A DNA stretch of 63,267 nt, the filler included, from Octopus bimaculoides (Eukaryota): NCBI RefSeq assembly GCF_001194135.2. It is 4 parts of 4 records of this genome, joined end to end, with 100 filler letters (N's around TTAATTAATTAA, not from the genome) between each part and the next. Parts side by side here need not be neighbours in the genome. Positions count along the whole stretch, not along the records: positions 23,091 to 51,166 come from NC_068984.1; positions 51,267 to 61,415 come from NC_068987.1; positions 61,516 to 63,267 come from NC_068983.1; 1 more part is not named here. One strand, 5' to 3'. The notes beneath the pieces were generated by a model. The model was given only the letters and a program-made list of their open reading frames with translations. It was not told where the DNA came from and did not search any database. This document shows, piece after piece, positions 50,824 through 62,719 of this stretch (position 1 is its first letter; each line of letters opens with the position of its first letter). Position numbers and translations under genes: made by a program.

Positions 50824-51166
50824 GTTCAGTAGTTTTATTTTTATAACGTGCTTTCACTTCACTACCGAGCGCAGCTCCGTGCGCCTTGGGTATGTGCTGT
50901 GGTTTACTGTGATGTTCTTATGCTTACTGTATTGAAAGTGTTTCCCGTAGAATGTGTGCAGTACCCAGTAGTGCAATTTTCTGTATGTTATATATATTTG
51001 TAAGTCCTGGTGTTTTTGTTATGTATTTGTCTGAATATTTTTTTATTATACCTAAGGCACCTACTATGATAGGGATTGTTTCTGTTTTTAGATTCCATAT
51101 TCGAGTTATCTCTATTTCCAGGTCTTTGTATTTTGAAAGTTTTTCCATTTCTTTTAGAGAAACGTT
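50824..51166 (-). mobile_element. R4/Dong-clade retrotransposon 3' end, running into a gap
   Basis: NVSLKEMEKLSKYKDLEIEITRIWNLKTETIPIIVGALGIIKK...IQKIALLGTAHILRETL; highly similar to 47605-47937; 3' end abuts (TAA)n. Confidence 0.9.
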
Positions 51167-51266
51167 NNNNNNNNNNNNNNNNNNNNNNNNNNNNNNNNNN
51201 NNNNNNNNNNTTAATTAATTAANNNNNNNNNNNNNNNNNNNNNNNNNNNNNNNNNNNNNNNNNNNN
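51167..51266. other. Artificial scaffold linker N44-TTAATTAATTAA-N44
   Basis: Same 100-bp structure as at 22991. Confidence 0.93.
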
Positions 51267-51477
51267 AATAAATTAAAATTAGAATTAATTTAAGTGATTG
51301 TACTTCTATCCCAAAACTGTTTGGCCTTGGGCGGGGAATATAGAATCACAGAGCGCCGACCGAACTGCCTTCCAGTAGTAACGTGGCTGCCTCTCTTTAT
51401 ACACTGGTGCATATCACCAATATTGCAACCCTGGTAATATACGTAAAAAATATAATTACACGAGGCAACAAATTTCA

Positions 51478-51523
<46 letters not shown>

Positions 51524-53293
51524 AGTCAAAAGAACTACTGCTTTCTGCTAAATCTCTGATACTGAATCTAGATCTCATGACCAAATTTCCCTATCACAGT
51601 CAGATTTTACTGTAACCAAGGACCAATGCAGTTTTAGATAAAAGAGGCGGTTGCTCGGGAGCGCCATTAATTTAGGGGCCCAAAAGTAATCTGTGACGTT
51701 CTATCGACAAATAAATGTAGAAACCTCAGTACATTGCGTTACCCAGGAAATGAGGCGGTGCTTTAATGCTGCAAAGACAATCTTGCCGAATACCCTTCCC
51801 TCTTTTCTCCCACCCTCCGGCTTGTGTTACAAATGCACAGTATGTTACCTTCCTGTTTTATGTTTGTCATGTTTAAATAATGTTAACACCACATGCTGCC
51901 GGTATTGAAGGTTTCTCATCGGCATTGTGTTGAATGATAGCTTTAGGAATTACACTACTAGATTCAAAGAAAAAACTCTCAATTCTTCCAGATCTTAGTC
52001 ACAGCCAGTCTCTTACATCATCAGACCATTGATATCATGGCAAAACACAAACGTTTCTTTTAGCTGTAAAATGAAAACACTTCATGTGACGATAGCAAAA
52101 CGCTAGGAATTTTGTGTTGTTACGCAGGACACATACAACGGCCTAGCATACCAACACCTTGGCAATAGCAAGACTTATACGAAAGTCACTGGAGTAATTG
52201 CAACTCTACTGGAGGACCCCAGCAAGACACCTGGATCAACATTTGCGACCGGTGTAAATCTGTAGCGAAGGTTAAAAGAAACGTTACTACACGCAACAGG
52301 AAAGTTAAATGTTTGACTGAAGAAAATTCAGTTCTTGAAATTTGGAACCAAACAACTTTACCTTTTCTTTCGTTAATTCCAAATTATGTATCAAACCTCT
52401 TAGCTCTGTTTGACTTAGCAGATGTGGAGACACTAGCTGCACCTAGAATATGTTGGCTATCTTTCACTGATTCGATATTACGAATCGTACTTGTTGAATC
52501 TTAGAAGAACTGTTATCTGATCTGTGGTCATTGCTTCATCGTCTAATATTGTTTTCAAGGCTGGTTGACAGTTTTGATAGTTGATCTGTCTTCATGAAAC
52601 CAGTTACCTTTGTCATACACAAATAACAGCCATCATAGAGATCAGTGTACATGTACTAAAAGGCATGGCGGACAGCAAATGGTATCGATTTTCTGTTTAG
52701 AATTTAATCAAATTGTTAACGCTACATTATTGCACTGATCATACATGACAAATCCAGGGGCACCCAATATCAGTCGATATTACCATCTCACAGTCAACCC
52801 GACCAGTGCTAACAGCAGAGCACACTGAGGCCATCATACCACCGCAGCAAGCTATCTTTCGGTTCTACCACCACGACCACTACTACACCACGACGATGAC
52901 GACGACGACAACCGCCACCACCACCACTACCATATATGTATATATGCATATGTATGCATGTGAATATGTGTGTGTGCGTGTATGTGTGTTATTGTTTTGT
53001 TATTGGCATAGCGACCCTACCTAGATGCAACAGCATNNNNNNNNNNNNNNNNNNNNNNNNNNNNNNNNNNNNNNNNNNNNNNNNNNNNNNNNNNNNNNNN
53101 NNNNNNNNNNNNNNNNNNNNNNNNNNNNNNNNNNNNNNNNNNNNNNNNNNNNNNNNNNNNNNNNNNNNNNNNNNNNNNNNNNNNNNNNNNNNNNNNNNNN
53201 NNNNNNNNNNNNNNNNNNNNNNNNNNNNNNNNNNNNNNNNNNNNNNNNNNNNNNNNNNNNNNNNNNNNNNNNATATATATATATTTATGTATG

Positions 53294-53329
<36 letters not shown>

Positions 53330-53747
53330 TGTATGTATATATACACATACATAATATATATATACACATACATAATATATGTATGTGTGCGTATACATAC
53401 ATACACACATATTCACACATATGTATATATGTATCTATAAATACACACATACATACATATATACATGCATACATACATACATGCATACATGCATACATAC
53501 ATACATACATACATGCATACATACGTATATACAAACATACATACATACACACACATTCATGCAATCGTGGATATACACAGACATGTCTTGTGTATTGTAA
53601 GATTAGATTCAATTTAAAATTAAGTGAGTACATAGGTCAACCGGAAATATCTATTACTTCCGCTATTACTATTGCAAATGTCACCTTGATCTTGTCATAC
53701 AGCCGGCGTCTGGTCTTTTCGCACACAAATAACGGATGATGTTACGC

Positions 53748-53808
<61 letters not shown>

Positions 53809-54633
53809 TTCTCAGTCTGACGTGCAATCTTGTAATTATATGTGCATGTATATANNNNNNNNNNNNNNNNNNNNNNNNNNNNNNNNNNNNNNNNNNNNNN
53901 NNNNNNNNNNNNNNNNNNNNNNNNNNNNNNNNNNNNNNNNNNNNNNNNNNNNNNNNNNNNNNNNNNNNNNNNNNNNNNNNNNNNNNNNNNNNNNNNNNNN
54001 NNNNNNNNNNNNNNNNNNNNNNNNNNNNNNNNNNNNNNNNNNNNNNNNNNNNNNNNNNNNNNNNNNNNNNNNNNNNNNNNNNNNNNNNNNNNNNNNNNNN
54101 NNNNNNNNNNNNNNNNNNNNNNNNNNNNNNNNNNNNNNNNNNNNNNNNNNNNNNNNNNNNNNNNNNNNNNNNNNNNNNNNNNNNNNNNNNNNNNNNNNNN
54201 NNNNNNNNNNNNNNNNNNNNNNNNNNNNNNNNNNNNNNNNNNNNNNNNNNNNNNNNNNNNNNNNNNNNNNNNNNNNNNNNNNNNNNNNNNNNNNNNNNNN
54301 NNNNNNNNNNNNNNNNNNNNNNNNNNNNNNNNNNNNNNNNNNNNNNNNNNNNNNNNNNNNNNNNNNNNNNNNNNNNNNNNNNNNNNNNNNNNNNNNNNNN
54401 NNNNNNNNNNNNNNNNNNNNNNNNNNNNNNNNNNNNNNNNNNNNNNNNNNNNNNNNNNNNNNNNNNNNNNNNNNNNNNNNNNNNNNNNNNNNNNNNNNNN
54501 NNNNNNNNNNNNNNNNNNNNNNNNNNNNATATATATATATAGTCCACACATTCTTGAATCTTATAATTTTATAATTCAGAAACATGTGGAGCAATGTGTG
54601 CGCGCGTGTGTATGTGTGTGTGTGTGTGTGTAA

Positions 54634-54680
<47 letters not shown>

Positions 54681-56129
54681 ATAGTAGTAGCAGCAGCAGC
54701 AACAACAGTAATAGTTGTTGTAGTTAGAAAACTAGGTAGATTGATAGTTAGATAATGATATATATACATATACATATATATATACATANNNNNNNNNNNN
54801 NNNNNNNNNNNNNNNNNNNNNNNNNNNNNNNNNNNNNNNNNNNNNNNNNNNNNNNNNNNNNNNNNNNNNNNNNNNNNNNNNNNNNNNNNNNNNNNNNNNN
54901 NNNNNNNNNNNNNNNNNNNNNNNNNNNNNNNNNNNNNNNNNNNNNNNNNNNNNNNNNNNNNNNNNNNNNNNNNNNNNNNNNNNNNNNNNNNNNNNNNNNN
55001 NNNNNNNNNNNNNNNNNNNNNNNNNNNNNNNNNNNNNNNNNNNNNNNNNNNNNNNNNNNNNNNNNNNNNNNNNNNNNNNNNNNNNNNNNNNNNNNNNNNN
55101 NNNNNNNNNNNNNNNNNNNNNNNNNNNNNNNNNNNNNNNNNNNNNNNNNNNNNNNNNNNNNNNNNNNNNNNNNNNNNNNNNNNNNNNNNNNNNNNNNNNN
55201 NNNNNNNNNNNNNNNNNNNNNNNNNNNNNNNNNNNNNNNNNNNNNNNNNNNNNNNNNNNNNNNNNNNNNNNNNNNNNNNNNNNNNNNNNNNNNNNNNNNN
55301 NNNNNNNNNNNNNNNNNNNNNNNNNNNNNNNNNNNNNNNNNNNNNNNAAGCAAGCTACTTACCACACAGCCACTCCTACGCCTATACATATATATATGCG
55401 TATGTATGTATATATGTGTGTGTGTGTGTGTAATCCACCATATGTTCTTGAATTTTAATACTATTCTAAATGTCAGCGGTGTCATTAAGCTACGGAGCAG
55501 AGCAATTAGCATTGCAATGATAGGACAATATAACAAACAAGCACTTAAATTTGTAGACACAACAGAGATGGTTTATACAAGAGCAGCAGTATATAGAGCG
55601 TAGTACTGCTAGCCGACACTGGCGTTTGTGGCTTTGTAGCATGTACCTTGCTTTCGCTAATTGTTTTAGGCGCCTGTGTGATTGCGAGCAGACACAAACG
55701 TGTTCTTGGTCCTCTTACACTTGACCTTATGAAACATTTGTTGTGTGAAAGCTCGAGGAAGGGAGAGGGTTGTACCAGAAGTTGATCAACGCACGTTTGC
55801 AGATGATCACAAAACTAATCAGTGCATATTTGCAACTGAATAAATTAGAGTAAGGTGAAATGTATGTGTACGTGTGTGTGTACGTGTGTGTGTACGTGTG
55901 TGTGTTTGCTCATTCATGGTTATGCAAGCCGCATTACTCGGTCCAAGAATTGGATTCGCAACAAGAAAATTATGGTAATCATCGTAAAGTTATGGTTACA
56001 CCTGCCATCATCATCGTCGTTGTCGTCGTCATCGCTGTCACCGTCGCCGTCAAAATCATCATCGTCATCATCATCATCATCATCAACCCGAGGACATTAT
56101 TGCCCCGAGTCCGAGGAGTCATAAGACCG

Positions 56130-56355
56130 GTTTATTCAGTTTCCATAGTGTATATGTGACTGCGAACAGAGTATTTTCCCCCCTGAACGAGATGCTAGTG
56201 CGTTGCAGGGTTACCCATTTACAGCTAAGTGGGCTGGAGCAACGTAAAATGAAGTGTTTTGCTCAAGAACACGACGCAACGCCAGATCCGGAAGTCGAAG
56301 CTACGATCTTGCGATCGTGAGTACAACGCTCCAATCACAAGGGAACGCACTTTCA
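56130..56355 (-). mobile_element. SINE family C-related copy
   Basis: ttacccatttacagctaagtgggctggagcaacgtaaaatgaagtgttttgctcaagaacac...gtcgaagctacgatcttgcgatcgtgag; homologous to 59090-59382. Confidence 0.7.
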
Positions 56356-56419
56356 CTTCAAGACCACCGGCCAAGATAACCTACAACAAATGTACGAACT
56401 AACAAATACACGGGCCATG

Positions 56420-56645
56420 GAGAGGGGACCTCACCGAGCTCGCTCGTCTTGCTGGAAATAAACTGCTGAAATTCTCTCAAATCACATATTATGACTTTGA
56501 ATTAGAGAAGAGTACGTTGGATAATGCAATCAAGGTTAAACTAAACGTTGTAAGCAGATAAAGGAATATGGAATGGTTAAGTCTTGGATGTCCTTTTATC
56601 AACGATCGACTTTATTGGAGTCGACTCGGGGACTAAACGACAACT
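56420..56645. mobile_element. Repeat family F copy, inverted relative to 57545-57745
   Basis: cttgctggaaataaactgctgaaattctctcaaatcac...gactcggggactaaacgacaac. Confidence 0.5.
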
Positions 56646-56782
56646 ACAACTCCAACAATATCAACAACAGCAGCAGTAACAACAACAACAACAACAACAA
56701 CAACAGCAGCAGTAGCAGCTGCAGCAGTGGTGCCAACAATAATGATCCCGAAACCAATATGATAACCCTTACGTGGTCATTC

Positions 56783-56916
56783 TTCATCATCATCATCATC
56801 GTCATCATCATCATCATCATCATCGTCATCATCATCATCATCATCATCGTCATCATCATCATCATCATCATCGTCATCATCATCATCATCATCATCGTCA
56901 TCATCATCATCATCAT
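56783..56916. repeat. Higher-order microsatellite [(CAT)7CGT]n, 24-bp period
   Basis: Five CGT interruptions spaced exactly 24 bp apart; runs into a gap. Confidence 0.95.
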
Positions 56917-57544
56917 NNNNNNNNNNNNNNNNNNNNNNNNNNNNNNNNNNNNNNNNNNNNNNNNNNNNNNNNNNNNNNNNNNNNNGGGCTGGATTTTCTA
57001 CGGGGAGCATGCCCTTGCTTACCCCCAACCTCAGTTTCTGAGACCGAGGCCTCTACCACGATTTTTAAGAAATATGGTGGAAAACTAGCTCAGGGAAGCT
57101 GGGATGCTATTCCCTAAGACTCCTTTCGGAGCCCCCATCCCTCCTACAAATGCCAGCTGAATCTTACTCAGAAACATACCTACCCGTCATGGAGAAGACG
57201 GAATGATGTGCTTTTGGGCGGGGAGATGTATAAAGGGTACCAACCTCCCTGATTAAGCGGTAAAAAAAAAAAAGAACGCAATCCCATGAAATTGTAAAAT
57301 TAATTATTTTAATCAATTCAGATGTGCTCCTACAAAATTTTCAGCCTTAATAATTCACATTGGTACTAAAATGGTTCCAGAACCCTACAGTATTCAAAAT
57401 CCATTGGCTATCGATCTTTGAAGCTGATGGTTGTTGTTGTTGTTATTGTTGTTGCCGTTGCCGTAGTCGTTGTAGTCGTCGTCGTTGTTGTTGCTGTTGT
57501 TTTTGTTGTATATGCTGTTGTTGCTGTTGTGGTTTTTATTGCTT

Positions 57545-57745
57545 GGCTACAAGTCAACCTTGATCAAATAGATCGGTAATAAAAAAAAAAAACATTCTAT
57601 CTGATCACCCCGCTATTTAGCGGGGGTGCATTTGAAACTACATTATTCAATTAATCCTTTATTTATTTAAGATGGTAAAATTTCTTTTCAACGGAAATTT
57701 GGCTGCTATTTCTAACTGGTCGAGAGATCACATTGAGACCCTCGC
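57545..57745. mobile_element. Repeat family F copy
   Basis: caagtcaaccttgatcaaatagatc...aaatttggctgctatttctaactggtcgag. Confidence 0.5.
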
Positions 57746-57864
57746 CGTGTTATTACCGATCAATCTATAATGGATTGTTGACTTTACATCATCTGTGACT
57801 CAGTTTATTTGTTTAATGGCTCAGATCTTGTGTGGTTTACTGTGTTGTAAACGAATGTAGTGAC

Positions 57865-58014
57865 GGTAGTAGTGGTGGTACTACTACTATTACTACTGCT
57901 ACTATTACTACTACTGCTACTGCTGCTGCTGCTGCTGCTTGTTATACTTGTGGAAAAAATGCTGATGGTGAAGATGGCGCTGGTGGTGGGTTTTGTTCAT
58001 GGTTTGGGTGCTGC

Positions 58015-58055
<41 letters not shown>

Positions 58056-58850
58056 ATGATGACGATGACGACGACGATGATAATGATGATGATGAGGATG
58101 AAGACGACGATGACGGTGACGACGACGATGATAGTGATGATGACTATGTTGATGGTGAATAATGAGGAAGAGGAGGATTCATAATAATAGCGTGTAACAT
58201 TAGCAGTGAAAGAAAGAGAAAGAGAGAGAGTGAAAGAAAGAATATATGCGTGTGTGTGAGCGTAATTGTGTGTGTGTGTGTGTGATGTGGTGTGGTAGGG
58301 GAGCCTTGACCAATTCGCCAATCGGTTGGTTAGGTAACTTGACGTAGTGTTAAACCATTCAATCTAGACCGGATATCTTTTGTTAGCCGTCACTTAAGCA
58401 CCATCACCGCCTCGTTAGACACGGCATGTTGCATTTGTTATGAGTGACTGGTTAACTGGTGGAATGAAGGGATGATGGGTGGAGACAGACAAGTGTTAAA
58501 CAGGGGTAGTATTGTAATAATTAAGGCGATGAAGATGGTTGGTGGTGGTGGTGGTAGTTACGCTATTGGTGATAGTGGTGCTTCTGCTACCGTTGGTAAT
58601 GGTGGCATTGATTATAATTGTGGTGATGGTATTGGGTATTGGTGATTGTTCTGATGGAGTTGCTCTGCTGGTGGTGCTGTTGGCGATGATAGTGGTAGTG
58701 GTGGTAGAGGTAGTGATGGTGGTTATGGTAAAAGCAGTGATAATGATGTTAAGAGAGGTGGTGATAGTTGTAACAGTTGTAATAGTAGTATTGTCAGTGT
58801 TATGATAGTGGTTAATGGTGGTGTTGGTGATAGTAGAACTGGTGAAGTAG
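57865..58850. repeat. Low-complexity trinucleotide blocks (CTA, CTG, GAT and decayed GGT/GTA)
   Basis: Direct reading; the source of the poly-D, poly-T and poly-V ORFs. Confidence 0.8.
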
Positions 58851-59089
58851 CTGAAAAAGACGTTCCAGCCATAGCCATCCAATCGTTCGTTGCAGACTAC
58901 ATTAACCAATGAATCTTCACTTGAAATATTAGTTGTGCAATTTGAGTGAGATGTGACTGTTATATTGAGCATACTGTGTGACCGCATAATGAGTATCTTG
59001 TTTGTAGCAGCAGAGATGAAGGACGTTGTGGTTAATAGTGAATTATAGTATATAATCAATGTTCCTGCCCGAATTACTCTTCCACAAAA

Positions 59090-59382
59090 CATTACCGAAT
59101 CGACTATATTATCGGATGTGATTATATATCGCTGGTCACAATGCGCTTCCTCGCATTGTTGTAGCTATCGAATGATGCCATCCAACTTGGTAGGTGGGCA
59201 GATCATCATTCCCTCTGAATGAAATGTCAGTTGATTGCAGGGTAACCCCATTACAGCTGAGTGGACTGGAGTAAAGTAAAATGAGATATGCTGAATAGCA
59301 CTTTGCAGCGCTGGTCTGGGAATCAAAACCACAATCTTGGGATCATGAGTGCAACAACCTAACTACTAAGCCACGTGCCTTT
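59090..59382 (-). mobile_element. SINE family C-related copy
   Basis: Reverse complement has the head aaggcacgtggcttagtagttaggttg and gttttgattcccagacc (B box), plus tccagtccactcagctgtaatgggg. Confidence 0.7.
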
Positions 59383-59487
59383 ACTATGGCAAATATAACA
59401 ATTACTATCATAGTGTTACCATGTGATCGTGTTAGAGCAGGGGTTATTAATATTAAAATAGTTAGCTACCACAATAATCTTATACTG

Positions 59488-59631
59488 GATAAAATGCTTT
59501 ATAGTATTTAGTTACGTATCTTCACATTCTAAGTTCAAATCCTGGTAGAGCTTATTTTGTCTTTCGCACTTCTGGGGTTGACTAAAACCTGAAGTTTGAG
59601 GCCTTGTTCCTTTGTTAGAAACAATAATAAT
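59488..59631 (+). mobile_element. Degenerate SINE A
   Basis: ataaaatgctt...ttctaagttcaaatcctgg...ttctggggttga...ggccttgttcctttgttagaaacaataataa. Confidence 0.55.
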
Positions 59632-59639
59632 CATTAGAG

Positions 59640-59894
59640 CAGTGTTTCTCAACCATTTTTTGCCATGGGCCCCTTTGATACCTGTTCTATTCTATTGGAA
59701 TCTCTGAGCCATTTAATAATGCTTTAAAAAATACTTTTATATTTTTATAATGAAATATCATAAAGAATTGTATTGAGTAACTGTTAAAACATTTTGTGTT
59801 TGTAGACGTTTACCCAATTCATTGCACGTAAATTTCAACAGCGAAATCTTACATGGACTCCCAAGGGCCATATGGACCCGGTTGAGAATCACTG
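59640..59894. mobile_element. hAT-type MITE with 8-bp TSD
   Basis: TIRs cagtgtttctcaacc / ggttgagaatcactg; flanks cattagag and cgttagag (7/8 match). Confidence 0.88.
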
Positions 59895-59902
59895 CGTTAG
59901 AG

Positions 59903-60090
59903 TGTTAGACAAATGTCTTGCAGTATTTCTTCTGGCTTTGAGTTCAAATTCCCTCAAGATCAACTTTGCCATTCGTCCTTTCAGGCCCGAAAAATAAAGT
60001 ACTAGAGTTTTGTACTGGGGTCGGTGGTATCAACTAATCCCTTCCCATACATAAAATTGCTGGACTTGTTCTTTAATCAGAAATCATAAT
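59903..60090 (+). mobile_element. Degenerate SINE A
   Basis: gagttcaaattccctcaagatcaactttgccattcgtcctttcagg...tactggggtcgg. Confidence 0.6.
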
Positions 60091-61343
60091 TAGCAGAAAT
60101 CATGGAGAAGGTGATGATAGTCACGATAATGATTATAGTGCTATCAATATGTTGTTTTTTATTTATTTATTTGTCTGTTCTCTGTTGCTGCTGTTTGTGT
60201 TATGACTGTAATTGTCAGGATTGCCAGTTTCAATAACGACTCTATCGTTGACGATGATGATGCTATCGCCGTTGTTGTTGTTGTTGTTGTTGTTGCTGCT
60301 GCTGCTGCTGCTGCTGTTGTTCTGACTCTCGTACTTGTGTAGTCCTAGATCAGATGTAAATCAGGCAAATCTAAACCAGACAACTCATCCATGAACATTC
60401 TCCAGACTACACGAGGCAATGTATCCTGCCTTTCTTAAACACAGTAATGTGTAATTTAAGATAGATATGTTTGATAGGCTGTGCAACCGCATTGAGACTT
60501 GTTGCCCGGAATCCCTCGTTCGTCTTGCTTCTGTTGATGATGTTGAGGATAATGGTGTTGGTGGTGGAGTTGGCAGTGTTGAGACAGGTGATAATTATGA
60601 TGATGATGATGATGGGTGATGATGTTGCAACAGCATTTATATGTGTGTGTGTGTGTGTTTGTGCATGTATGTATGTCTGTATGCATGCATATATATATAT
60701 ATATANNNNNNNNNNGAACGCAAAACATCCAGACAGACGATACAAAGAAAACAAGGATGGGCCATTCGGAGTTTTCTTTCTTCAGTTGAGGCTGGTTATA
60801 CTCGAGATTGTTCCAATCTGGCCAGGCTCAAGGAAAAACTAAGCTAAGAGTATTAGATTACTTAGAAGAAAGCACCGAATGTATACGAAACAAGGACAGG
60901 AAAAAATGGAGAAATGTTACACAAATACAAATTTAAATAACAGGACATAACAACAGGTGTCTTTTGACTAAGGAAGAATTAAATTAAGCTGACGTGAGTG
61001 GAAGTAAAGCCTTATGGCAGGGACATAAGATTTGACAGGCACAGGGAGGAATATAAATGTTGCATGGATGGTAGTCGAACCAAGAAAGAAAAGTCAGGCT
61101 TGGCCGAACACCGGTCACGTGGGGAGAGAAGATAGATTGGTAAAGGCAGAGGGATAGAAGAATTAAGGAGGGGCGAGAAAAAATGAAAGGGACAGAGTGA
61201 TGTGAAAGAGGATGGAAAGTGAGCATGAAGAGAAAGCCAGGAATTGTGAGAGAGGGGGGGACCAAAGGAACGAAGTAAGTGTGAAAGGACTGATAAAAAG
61301 AAGGAAAGAATGAAAGAATAGAAAGAATAACAGAATCGTACAA

Positions 61344-61415
<72 letters not shown>

Positions 61416-61515
61416 NNNNNNNNNNNNNNNNNNNNNNNNNNNNNNNNNNNNNNNNNNNNTTAATTAATTAANNNNNNNNNNNNNNNNNNNNNNNNNNNNN
61501 NNNNNNNNNNNNNNN
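61416..61515. other. Artificial scaffold linker N44-TTAATTAATTAA-N44
   Basis: Same 100-bp structure as at 22991. Confidence 0.93.
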
Positions 61516-61815
61516 TTTTAGGGTTAGGGTTAGGGTTACGGTTACGGTTAACAGTCTAGTTAGGGTTAGTGTTAGGGTTAGGGGATTAATACGATATACA
61601 CCGTTACAGCGCTAATTGTTTTCAACTGAATAGACGTCAGTGATGAGTAGAAATTATCGAAATAAGACAATTTTTTACATGAAATAAATTCGAATACAAA
61701 AATATTTTTCTGTTCTATAACACAAAATAGATAAGTATACGAAGTTTGAAAGTCTTTCCGTACCAAAAGCACTACATAAAACATAAATGAAAACTGGCGC
61801 CCCCGTTTTAAAATA
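61516..61815. repeat. Interstitial degenerate (TTAGGG)n at the end of an unclassified repeat-like segment
   Basis: ttaggg x3, ttacgg x2, ttaggg, ttagtg, ttaggg x2 in 61519-61584; wrong orientation for a left-hand telomere. Confidence 0.6.
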
Positions 61816-62719
61816 GATCCCATCTTATTAACGATGGAGTGCTAACTAGAAAAAAAGAACGAAAAAAATCGAACGAATTTACCTGAAATTCCAATACATA
61901 GAATGAAGACAAAAATAAATCAACCAGTGTTAACTTTTATATATGCCTGTAGAGATATTTCATCACCTCGACTTTAGAATCAATAAGTTATCTATTCACC
62001 CAACTCTACCAAAGTACATATTTCTTTACAATAGTAAGCAATTATGTACGCTTCCTTAATTTTACGTGCTCATCAAATTACTTTTGAAATAAGAAAATAA
62101 TACCTAAAAAGTCCTCGGTGATGATAGCATTTACTGGAATGAAGCAGATGCGTCGATATTTATTCTATTTCTTTTTTATTCGATTCGATAAACTTTTGTT
62201 TGAAGACTGTTATTCATTCACTGAGATTGGTTGGTAACATATTACAATTTCAAACAATCTACAAATATAATAGTAGATGGATTTGAGATCGATGCATAGA
62301 CCAGCAGTAACAAAGCTGTTGTAGTTTTTCGATTAAACAAGATTGAGGTGAATGTTTGACTTAATCTAAAGGAAGCGATTTTCGGTACCGCTTTCTTTTC
62401 TAAATATTTGTTGATATAAAATGATTTATAAGTGATCTGCCAACGACAGTTAGTCAACGTTGTAACTTTTTCGATTGCTTTGTCCTCAAAGAAAGGATTT
62501 CGTTGTTGTTGTTGTTGTTGTTGTTTTCTCTTGTTTTGTTTTTTTACTACGCCAAAAGAAAATCTCACTTATACAGTTTTTTCTTAATGTAAAATATCTA
62601 ATTATTTCTGAATGAGGGAAGACGTGGAAGAACACAAACACCAATCAATAAATGATTATTTTAAACTATTCCTTCTGGATTTATTGATTAGAAGTTTTAC
62701 TTAACGCTAATATTAATCA

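Noticed and set aside
56783-56916. CRISPR-like or coding interpretation of regular repeats (also 21053-21104)
   Set aside because: Units are directly tandem with no unique spacers, the context is eukaryotic, and there are no cas genes.
58496-59092. 198-aa Thr-rich mucin-like ORF on the minus strand
   Set aside because: Decayed GGT/GTA/GAT trinucleotide low-complexity DNA; no recognisable domain or splice structure.
60760-60800. Minus-strand ctgaaga...ccgaa remnant, possibly a deleted PLE hammerhead
   Set aside because: GAAA box and stems are broken in this copy; not supportable without a family consensus.
61516-61584. True telomere
   Set aside because: Wrong orientation, only about ten degenerate units, and internal position.
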